From an uncultured Gammaproteobacteria bacterium (lineage in GTDB: Bacteria; Patescibacteriota; Patescibacteriia; UBA11705; DATKZF01), in assembly GCA_964411255.1 (NCBI GenBank), contig CAYPKD010000007.1, positions 13,344 through 77,343 of the forward strand: DNA of 64,000 nucleotides. Direction: 5' to 3'. The notes beneath the pieces are model-generated. The model searched no databases and was not told the DNA's origin. It worked only from the letters and a program-made list of their open reading frames with translations. Every line of letters begins with the position of its first letter. The first letter of the stretch is position 1. Shown in pieces: positions 56,788-64,000 of this stretch. Both the position numbers and the translations under genes were made by a program.

Positions 56788-57708
56788 TTAGCTTAAAAAT
56801 GCTCGTACAAGAGGTTTTACTTCTTTATAAGTTCTCGCCCATATTATTGATTTATCGCGCTTAAACCATGTAATTTGGCGCTTTGCATAATGTCTTGTAT
56901 TCTGCTTTAAGTCCTCTTTTGCTTCATCCAAACCTGTTCTGCCTTGAACAAATTCACATATTTCCTTATAGCCAATTGTATTTTTCATTATTGGTAAATC
57001 ACATGTATAACCCTTTTCATTTAACTCTTTTACTTCTTCAACCAAGCCTTGCTCAACCATTTCTTCAACCCTGTTATTTATTTTTTCATAAAGCGCATCC
57101 CGGTCAACATCTATGCCGATTTGCAAAAATTTGTACTTAGAAGGCTTTTTTGCTTTTTGAAATTCTGAAAATTTTCGGCCTGTTTTTTTAATAACCTCAA
57201 GAGCGCGAATAACTCTTCGTGGATTTTTTAAATCAATCAAGTCCTGGGCTTCAGGATCTTCTTTTAATAATTTTTCAACTAAATACTCTAGTCCCTTTTT
57301 TTCAAATTTTTTATTAAGCTTTTCCCTAAATCGTTTCGATGCTTCAGGAGCTAACTCTAATCCCTGAGTTAATGCTGAAGTATATAATCCTGTTCCACCC
57401 ACAATGATTGGCAATTTATCAGGATTTTCATCAATCACCCTGTTAACCTCACTGATCCAGTCAGCCACTGTAAAATCCTCTTTGGGATCTACAATATCAA
57501 CAGCATATTCTGGAATGTCATCAACAAAATAACCTTTCTTATTCCAGACTCCCTTATCTTTATTGGTTCCAATATCCATGTGTTTGTAAACCTGGCGTGA
57601 ATCTGCAGCAATTAAAAAACCATCAAACTCTTTGGCAATTTCAAGAGCTAAATTAGATTTCCCAGATCCAGTTGGACCTAAAACAATTATTACTTTTCTT
57701 TTTTTCAT
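56788..57708 (-). CDS. miaA: tRNA dimethylallyltransferase
   Basis: P-loop GPTGSGKS, DSRQVYK and DIGTNK motifs. Confidence 0.9.
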   Translation of the reverse strand: MKKRKVIIVLGPTGSGKSNLALEIAKEFDGFLIAADSRQVYKHMDIGTNKDKGVWNKKGYFVDDIPEYAVDIVDPKEDFTVADWISEVNRVIDENPDKLPIIVGGTGLYTSALTQGLELAPEASKRFREKLNKKFEKKGLEYLVEKLLKEDPEAQDLIDLKNPRRVIRALEVIKKTGRKFSEFQKAKKPSKYKFLQIGIDVDRDALYEKINNRVEEMVEQGLVEEVKELNEKGYTCDLPIMKNTIGYKEICEFVQGRTGLDEAKEDLKQNTRHYAKRQITWFKRDKSIIWARTYKEVKPLVRAFLS

Positions 57709-57713
57709 AAATT

Positions 57714-59018
57714 CTAATTTCGAATTTCGTGTTTCTTATTTCCAATTAATATCCATTCCTTCGCTTCCTTTACTTCAACCTTCAAAATCTCACCCATCAA
57801 TTCTTTATCACTTTTAATCCTTACTCTTTTCATTTCCAAGCTATTCCCTTCCCATAAATTCTCTTGAACCTTTTTGTCAATTAAAACTGAAACTTTTTTT
57901 CCAAAATATTTTTTATTATTCTCAAAAGAATATTGTTCGTTTAATTTTTGCAAAATCTCCCATCGCCTTTTCTTTTCTGCACGTGAAACATTATCTTCTA
58001 ACTTTTGTGCAGCAGTGCCTGGACGAGGAGAAAATTGAGCAACATATGAAATGTCAAACTTTACTTTTTTATATAAATCAACTGAATGCTGGAAATCCTT
58101 TTCATTTTCGCCTGGAAAACCGACAATAAAATCTGTAGCAATGGCAATATCAGGTTTTACTTTCTTTATCTTTTCAATAATTTTTAAATAATCCTCCACT
58201 GAATATTTCCTATTCATGGATTTTAAAATCTTATCAGAACCAGACTGAACTGGCAAATGTAAATAATTTAACTGTTTTGGCAAAGTTAAAGCCTCAATCA
58301 AATCATCAGACATGTCTTTTGGATGCGAAGTCATGAAATGAATTCTTTTCAAATCTTTGATTTGATTTAATTCCCAAAGCAGTTTGGCAAAATTATTTTT
58401 ATACGGATTATCAGATGAAAATTCTGTACTATCTTTTGGATCATACGAATTAACATTCTGGCCAAGTAATGTAATTTCTTTGTAGCCTGCTTTTACCAAA
58501 TCTTTTACCTGTTGCAGGATATCTCTAAAATCAATGCTCAATTCCCTACCCCGAACATATGGCACAATGCAATATGAACAAAAGTTATTACAGCCAGTCA
58601 TGATCGGTACAAAAGCCTGAAACTTTGACTGATACTTTGGAGTAATTTTCAAATAATCTTTTGGTAAAGTTTCTTTTTTAAATAAAAACTTTTCCAGCTC
58701 CCATAAATTTTTAATATCAAAAATAAAATCAAATCTGTCTCCAAGCTTTTTCTTGTCTGCTAAAGATAAGCAGCCAGTAAGCATTATTATTGCTCCTTGA
58801 TTTCTCAATTTTTGCCATGCTCGAACCTTACCGAAAATACGGTCAATACCCTTTTGCCGCACAGAGCAAGACACAATCATTAATATATTAGCGTCTTTTT
58901 CCTTTTCTGTAGGGAAATAGCCTAAGCTCTGCAAAACAGCCTCTATTCTTTCTGCATCAGACTTATTCATCTGACAGCCTAAAACCAATAATTTGTATGT
59001 CTTTTTTCCCATATTCAA
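57714..59018 (-). CDS. miaB: tRNA-2-methylthio-N6-dimethylallyladenosine synthase (radical SAM MTTase)
   Basis: N-terminal MTTase domain; radical SAM CNNFCSYC motif; TRAM-like C-terminus; adjacent to miaA. Confidence 0.85.
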   Translation of the reverse strand: MNMGKKTYKLLVLGCQMNKSDAERIEAVLQSLGYFPTEKEKDANILMIVSCSVRQKGIDRIFGKVRAWQKLRNQGAIIMLTGCLSLADKKKLGDRFDFIFDIKNLWELEKFLFKKETLPKDYLKITPKYQSKFQAFVPIMTGCNNFCSYCIVPYVRGRELSIDFRDILQQVKDLVKAGYKEITLLGQNVNSYDPKDSTEFSSDNPYKNNFAKLLWELNQIKDLKRIHFMTSHPKDMSDDLIEALTLPKQLNYLHLPVQSGSDKILKSMNRKYSVEDYLKIIEKIKKVKPDIAIATDFIVGFPGENEKDFQHSVDLYKKVKFDISYVAQFSPRPGTAAQKLEDNVSRAEKKRRWEILQKLNEQYSFENNKKYFGKKVSVLIDKKVQENLWEGNSLEMKRVRIKSDKELMGEILKVEVKEAKEWILIGNKKHEIRN

Positions 59019-59127
59019 TTATATTATTCTATAGCAATATTAATAAAAAATCAACTTTTTTCTTTTCAAACCCTTGACATTTTGATAAAATATGATACAA
59101 TAGTGTATCCATTAACAGGAGGTGAAA

Positions 59128-59520
59128 ATGGCTATTTTTGTAGGAAAGGTTAGTAAAAGATCCTTAAAATGGATGAAACTGAATCCAGATACATCAAAAT
59201 TTTTAAGAAAATATACAGAAGAAGATCATAATATTAGCAAACAAGGATATTTTTTCCTTATATCTTTACTGGCTAATATTCTGCCAGATGACAGCTTTGT
59301 ACAAGCACTTGAAAAGCACTCAATGGTGCGTGCATATAGAAATGATCAATTGTCGCTCGATCAGGCATTCGATCATTTAAAAAGAACTTTTACGCATATC
59401 AAGCAAGCGTTTGATATTCTGCAGCAAAAGCTAGAACACTTCACAGATCTGGAAGAAAAAATCTATCTGCAAGAGCTTTTCAAGCTTCTTACACTTGTCA
59501 GCCATGCTGACAGACTATAA
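59128..59520 (+). CDS. hypothetical protein
   Basis: AGGAGG RBS then ATG at 59128. Confidence 0.4.
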   Translation: MAIFVGKVSKRSLKWMKLNPDTSKFLRKYTEEDHNISKQGYFFLISLLANILPDDSFVQALEKHSMVRAYRNDQLSLDQAFDHLKRTFTHIKQAFDILQQKLEHFTDLEEKIYLQELFKLLTLVSHADRL

Positions 59521-59563
59521 AAGAGAGTCACACTAACTCTCTTTTTTTAATTCTTTAAAAATA

Positions 59564-60982
59564 TTAAGCAGCCAAACTGACAGTTAAAGCGCATTCTGCA
59601 ATATCATCAGGCTTTACCAATCTTTTATCTACCAAATTTTTATTATTAAAATCTCTTTGTAAATTTTGAGTTACTTTTCCTAAATTTTTAACATTACCAT
59701 TAAGTTCTTTTTCAAGCTGCTTTTCAGTTCTATTATCAGAAACAGAATCTGAAAAAACTAAAAGAGTGTCTCCTGGATCCATTTCCATCCACTTTATATC
59801 TACCTGATTTGGATCCAAATTTTGTTGACCCAAAGAACGTGTAATCCGATTACTCATTGCTACATATACTCCCAATATATTATCACGAGTCAATCCCTCA
59901 TATTTTTTTTCCAAACCAAGCTTTATTGCTTCAGTTGGAGAGTGAACGTCCAATAAACTTTCCATGATTTGAACAAATTCTTTTTCTCCTGCCTTATTTC
60001 TTATAATCTTAATTTCTTTATTTTTTACGGCCATATCCATAGCAGCTCTTGGTAAAATTTTATCTCTTTTTTCCTTTGGCATCACAGCCAATTCTGATAT
60101 CAAATTGTGGTCTTCATTCATTTGCTTTATTTTTTTATCTTTATCCATTAAATAAATCGGGCTGTCGCCAATAGAGGCCACGGCTACCTGCATCTTACCT
60201 TCTTTGGTGCCAACAACCTGGGCAAAAGCCATAGTAGTGCCAGAACGCGGTGCTTTTATATAAACCAGTTTACTTGCCTTTTTTGCCTGACTCTTTAATT
60301 TTTTCTCATATTCTCTTTTATATTGTTCAAAATCCTGCTCTGAATCAAAATGCTGGAACTTTTCTTCTTTAAATCCTTCATAAAAAGTTTTTGCTGCATG
60401 CCTGCTTGCTTTTTCACCATTTTCTGCTCCACCTGCTCCGTCAAATACAGCGATCATTCTGGATTCAGAATCAACTAAAGCGCAATCCTGATTTAGTGGA
60501 TGCTTCTCATCTGGAATTTTCTCTTGAGTATATGCTAAATAATCTAATTGAAAAACATTTTGATCATCAGCTGCGACAAAACTTTGCTCAGCAACAACTT
60601 TTCTTTCTGGCACGAATTTTTCACAATTAAAGTCTCTATTAAATTCTTCATGAGCATTCCTTCGTGATTCTACATGCTTTTGATAATCTCGCCTGACCTT
60701 ATCTTGAATCATCTGTTCTTGCATTTCTTTTGTAATCGGCGGCGGTTCAATTTTTTTACCTGCTTCCTTTGGTAATGGAGGCGGTTCAACCACTTCTAAA
60801 ATAGTTTCAATATCTTCTGGTTGAATTTCCATTTCTTCTGTAAATGCCTCTTCAGCCTGCTTGGGCATTTTTGGTTTTGAAATTTTTGGCTGTGAAATCT
60901 GTGCCAAACTTTTTGTCTTTTTTTTCTTTGCTGCTGATTTTTCATCACCTGCTGGAACAGGTGTTGCTGTTTCAAAAGCCAT
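59564..60982 (-). CDS. PP2C-family Ser/Thr phosphatase with about 170-aa Pro/Glu-rich N-terminal extension
   Basis: AVFDGAGGAENGEKASRHAAK (PP2C motif 1/2) and FSDSVSDN (motif 8-like). Confidence 0.65.
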   Translation of the reverse strand: MAFETATPVPAGDEKSAAKKKKTKSLAQISQPKISKPKMPKQAEEAFTEEMEIQPEDIETILEVVEPPPLPKEAGKKIEPPPITKEMQEQMIQDKVRRDYQKHVESRRNAHEEFNRDFNCEKFVPERKVVAEQSFVAADDQNVFQLDYLAYTQEKIPDEKHPLNQDCALVDSESRMIAVFDGAGGAENGEKASRHAAKTFYEGFKEEKFQHFDSEQDFEQYKREYEKKLKSQAKKASKLVYIKAPRSGTTMAFAQVVGTKEGKMQVAVASIGDSPIYLMDKDKKIKQMNEDHNLISELAVMPKEKRDKILPRAAMDMAVKNKEIKIIRNKAGEKEFVQIMESLLDVHSPTEAIKLGLEKKYEGLTRDNILGVYVAMSNRITRSLGQQNLDPNQVDIKWMEMDPGDTLLVFSDSVSDNRTEKQLEKELNGNVKNLGKVTQNLQRDFNNKNLVDKRLVKPDDIAECALTVSLAA

Positions 60983-61234
60983 ATAATAGTAATTTAGGAA
61001 TCTTTGAAAAACATAGTTGCGTTATGAAATTTTCAAATTTAAAGCGAAAATTGTGAAAAGCGAGGAGGCTTAATAAATAAAATTAAGCAGACGAGTTTTA
61101 AACAATTTGCAGCTGAAATTTGGGAATTGTAGTAGTAATTATGTTTTTCAGAGGTTCCCTATGAATATCTTGTGTAATTATAGCAAAAATCTAGGAAAAA
61201 ATCAAGTTTTTGCACTTTATTTTTTTATCAATAA

Positions 61235-61780
61235 ATGCTAAAATCAAACTTAGAATATGACAAAAATAATCTTGTATTTATGAAAAGAATGTTATTGAGC
61301 AAGGAAGAATCAAATAAATACATCAAAGAGCGCAAACAATCACCTTGCTTCATTTGTGAGATAGTAAAGGGAAAGCCTCTCAGAAATAAACATTATATTA
61401 TATTTGAAAATGAAAAAGTAATTGTTTTCTTATCAGCTTTCCCCACTCACTTAGGACAAACTCTTGTTTGCCCAAAGCAACATGTTGAGCAAGTTGCCAA
61501 AGAATTAAATCAAGAAGAATACCTGAATTTACAAAAAATAATTTTCAAGGTAAGCAAAGCGATTCAAGCTGTTCTAAAACCAGAACGTCTTTACATTGCA
61601 TCCTTTGGCAGCCAGCAAATGAATAAACATGTTCATTTTCATATTGTTCCATTGCCAAAGGGCATACCAATTGACAAGCAACAAATGGCTGCAATGATGT
61701 TTGAAGAGGTAGGACTCTTAGAATTAACGAATGATGAATGGCAATCTTTGGCAAATAAAATTCGCAGTCAATTACAATAA
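61235..61780 (+). CDS. HIT-family hydrolase
   Basis: Histidine triad HVHFHIVP. Confidence 0.75.
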   Translation: MLKSNLEYDKNNLVFMKRMLLSKEESNKYIKERKQSPCFICEIVKGKPLRNKHYIIFENEKVIVFLSAFPTHLGQTLVCPKQHVEQVAKELNQEEYLNLQKIIFKVSKAIQAVLKPERLYIASFGSQQMNKHVHFHIVPLPKGIPIDKQQMAAMMFEEVGLLELTNDEWQSLANKIRSQLQ

Positions 61781-61798
61781 TGCATATAGAATCATTTT

Positions 61799-62197
61799 AT
61801 GCTAGCATTTTTTCATCAATTATTTGAAAATTTCAAAAACAGCCCGGCCAGAAAAAATAAAATTATTTTGATTTGTTTGATAATCAGTATAATTGTGAAT
61901 CTGGGAATCTGGGCGCTTTTAATTTTTAAATTCAGACCGGTTGCTTTGGCAAATCCGGAGAACACCAGCCTGCCTCTTCATTATAATATTTACTGGGGCA
62001 TTGATCTTTTTGGCCAATGGTATCAAAGCCTTATACTGCCAATTCTAGGGCTGGCAATTTTGGTTATCAATTTCATACTGGCAATATTTTTATATAGTCA
62101 AAAAATAATGGCCAGTTATTTTTTTACAATCTCATCTGTTTTTGTTCAATTATTTTTATTAATCGCCTCAATATTAATCATTTTAATAAACATTTAA
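61799..62197 (+). CDS. small membrane protein, hypothetical
   Basis: Three or four TM helices. Confidence 0.4.
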   Translation: MLAFFHQLFENFKNSPARKNKIILICLIISIIVNLGIWALLIFKFRPVALANPENTSLPLHYNIYWGIDLFGQWYQSLILPILGLAILVINFILAIFLYSQKIMASYFFTISSVFVQLFLLIASILIILINI

Positions 62198-62198
62198 T

Positions 62199-63248
62199 AT
62201 GGAAACAGCCATTGTATTTAAAATTGCCGTACTTTCAACTTTATCATTTGTCTTTGCAATATTGTGGACCCCTCTTTTGACTCATTTTTTATACAAATTC
62301 AAACTGGGTAAACAAATTCGGGACAGCAAAGAAACTCCGGTTTTTTCAAAACTTCACAAAGATAAAGCTGGAACACCAACAATGGGAGGAATTTTAATCT
62401 GGTTAACTGTACTGATTATTGCCCTTGTTTTTTATTTACTCGGCACTTTTACAAACATTGAAATTTTTCAAAAATTAAATTTCTTGACCCGGGCACAGAC
62501 GCTTTTACCGCTGGGTGCATTGGTTGCCAGCGCTTTAATCGGTTTAGTCGATGATTTTTTAAATGTAAAAAAGATTGGCCCGCATGGCGGAGGGTTAAGC
62601 ATGAGCATGAGACTGGGAGTTTATGCTGTAATTGCCCTAATCGGTGCCTTTTGGTTTTATTTTAAACTTGACTGGGATGTATTTCACATTCCGTTCTTAG
62701 GCAACTTTGTTATTGGCTGGTGGTATATACCGGTATTTGTGTTTGTAATCGTTGCCACCTCGCATTCAATTAATGTTACAGACGGCCTTGACGGATTAGC
62801 TGGCGGAATTCTAGCAATTGCTTTTGGCGCTTTCGGAGCGATTGCATTTACCCAGGGGAAATTTGAGCTGGCCACTTTTTGCGGAGTAATCGCTGGAGCA
62901 TTGCTGGCATTTTTATGGTTTAATATAAATCCAGCCAGATTTTTTATGGGTGATACTGGAGCAATGTCGCTTGGCATTACTTTAGGTATTGTTGCCATGT
63001 TAACAAATACAGCTATATTTTTAATAATTATTTGCTTAATTCCAGTAATTGAATCTTTATCAGTTATTATTCAGGTGCTTTCCAAAAAAATCAGAAAGAA
63101 AAAAGTATTTAAATCAGCGCCAATCCATCATCATTTCCAAGCAGTTGGCTGGTCTGAGCCAAAAATTGTGATGAGATTCTGGCTAATTTCTGGAGTAACT
63201 GCTGTGATTGGAATTATTCTCGCTTTATTAGATAAAGGATGGTATTAA
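62199..63248 (+). CDS. mraY: phospho-N-acetylmuramoyl-pentapeptide transferase
   Basis: KAGTPTMGG, NVTDGLDGLAGG and FMGDTGAMSLG motifs. Confidence 0.9.
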   Translation: METAIVFKIAVLSTLSFVFAILWTPLLTHFLYKFKLGKQIRDSKETPVFSKLHKDKAGTPTMGGILIWLTVLIIALVFYLLGTFTNIEIFQKLNFLTRAQTLLPLGALVASALIGLVDDFLNVKKIGPHGGGLSMSMRLGVYAVIALIGAFWFYFKLDWDVFHIPFLGNFVIGWWYIPVFVFVIVATSHSINVTDGLDGLAGGILAIAFGAFGAIAFTQGKFELATFCGVIAGALLAFLWFNINPARFFMGDTGAMSLGITLGIVAMLTNTAIFLIIICLIPVIESLSVIIQVLSKKIRKKKVFKSAPIHHHFQAVGWSEPKIVMRFWLISGVTAVIGIILALLDKGWY

Positions 63249-63265
63249 TTTCTAATTTTAATAAT

Positions 63266-64000
63266 ATGAAATTCCCAGACTTTAAAAATAAAAAAGTAAC
63301 CATAATGGGACTGGGGCTTTTGGGCCGCGGTCTTAATGATACTAAATTTTTTGTAGAAAAAGGAGCAGAAGTCACAGTTACTGATTTAAAAACAAAAAAA
63401 GAGCTTGCCTCTTCACTTAAAGAGCTTAAAGGCATGCCAATCAAGTACACGCTGGGCAAACATGATAAAAAAGATTTTGAAAATGCGGATTTAATTATTA
63501 GAAATGCAGACGTGCCAGCCAGTTCTGAATTTTTAAAAATCGCCCATGATGCTAAAATAGAAGTAGAAATGGATGAATCTTTATTTGCCCGCTATTGTCC
63601 TTGCCCGATCATTGGCATTACTGGAACGCGCGGAAAAACTACGACGGCAACTTTAATTGCTGAAATTTTAAAACTAACTGGCAAAAAAGTATATTTGGCA
63701 GGGAATATTGCAGGAAAAGCAACTCTGCCTTTAATTGATAAGGTGACCAAAGACGATTTAATAGTTTTAGAATTATCCAGCTGGCAGCTTCAGGGATTTG
63801 GCGCTGATAAAATCAGCCCGCACATTGCAGTAGTGACAAACATTTACCCAGATCATCTCAATCGATACAAAAACATGGAAGAATATATTGAAGACAAAAA
63901 AAATATTTATAAATTTCAAAAAAAATCAGATTATTTAATTTTAAATAATACAAATGCAGAAACAAAAAAAATGAACCAGCAAGCAGACTCAAAAATCTTG
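63266..64000 (+). CDS. murD: UDP-N-acetylmuramoylalanine--D-glutamate ligase (5' partial, runs off the window)
   Basis: MGLGLLGRG Rossmann start and Mur ligase P-loop GITGTRGKTTTATL; mraY-murD order. Confidence 0.85.
   Translation, partial: MKFPDFKNKKVTIMGLGLLGRGLNDTKFFVEKGAEVTVTDLKTKKELASSLKELKGMPIKYTLGKHDKKDFENADLIIRNADVPASSEFLKIAHDAKIEVEMDESLFARYCPCPIIGITGTRGKTTTATLIAEILKLTGKKVYLAGNIAGKATLPLIDKVTKDDLIVLELSSWQLQGFGADKISPHIAVVTNIYPDHLNRYKNMEEYIEDKKNIYKFQKKSDYLILNNTNAETKKMNQQADSKIL

Noticed and set aside
1-64000. CRISPR array, rRNA genes, transposase or integrase genes
   Set aside because: No regularly spaced 25-40 nt direct repeats, no rRNA-like conserved blocks and no DDE or tyrosine-recombinase ORFs are visible. 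The tandem repeats present are either protein-coding (NfeD DHD repeat) or degenerate.
1-64000. Alternative genetic code (UGA or UAG reassignment)
   Set aside because: Long conserved genes (gyrB, lysS, gatB, murF, the flotillin) are uninterrupted under the standard code, and stops of all three types terminate well-defined genes.

Overview
This is an AT-rich (roughly 30-35% GC) bacterial chromosome segment read with the standard genetic code. Long conserved genes such as gyrB, lysS and gatB contain no in-frame stops. Many genes have weak or absent Shine-Dalgarno sequences, several ribosomal proteins carry K-rich or acidic tails, and there are many lineage-specific hypothetical proteins. I infer from these traits that this is a small-genome, Patescibacteria/CPR-like organism, but I cannot verify that.

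The core content is clear. It includes smpB followed by tmRNA (ssrA), the infC-rpmI-rplT operon, secE-nusG-rplK-rplA, gyrB, lysS, rpmE, prfA-prmC, rplY, gatB, miaA-miaB, lgt, murF, a RodA/FtsW SEDS protein, mraY-murD (murD runs off the window end), an NfeD-flotillin pair and a NadM-Nudix bifunctional enzyme. There is a pyrimidine deoxynucleotide cluster with a dCMP deaminase-ThyX-like fusion, a P-loop kinase, dut, tmk and tdk. An aspartate transcarbamoylase appears fused to a PyrI-like regulatory zinc domain and has an attenuator-like leader.

The unexplained signals are these:
- Four tandem small-gene cassettes at 47.3-49.2 kb. Each has its own near-consensus promoter, a leader hairpin with a U-tract, a HEAT-like small protein ending in Ala-Ala, and a near-identical terminator.
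- A roughly 130-155 nt element present twice (35.06 kb and 47.03 kb).
- GC-rich palindromic hairpin clusters sharing a GTAGGGACAG / CTGTCCCTAC motif at 18.24 kb and 30.71 kb.
- A rearranged tRNA-Asp locus with 5' and 3' pseudo-halves flanking an intact gene.
- A roughly 50% GC Cys-rich lipoprotein gene that looks horizontally acquired.
- Unusual C-rich, anti-SD-containing leaders upstream of smpB and prfA.

No CRISPR array, rRNA or recognisable transposase or integrase gene is present.
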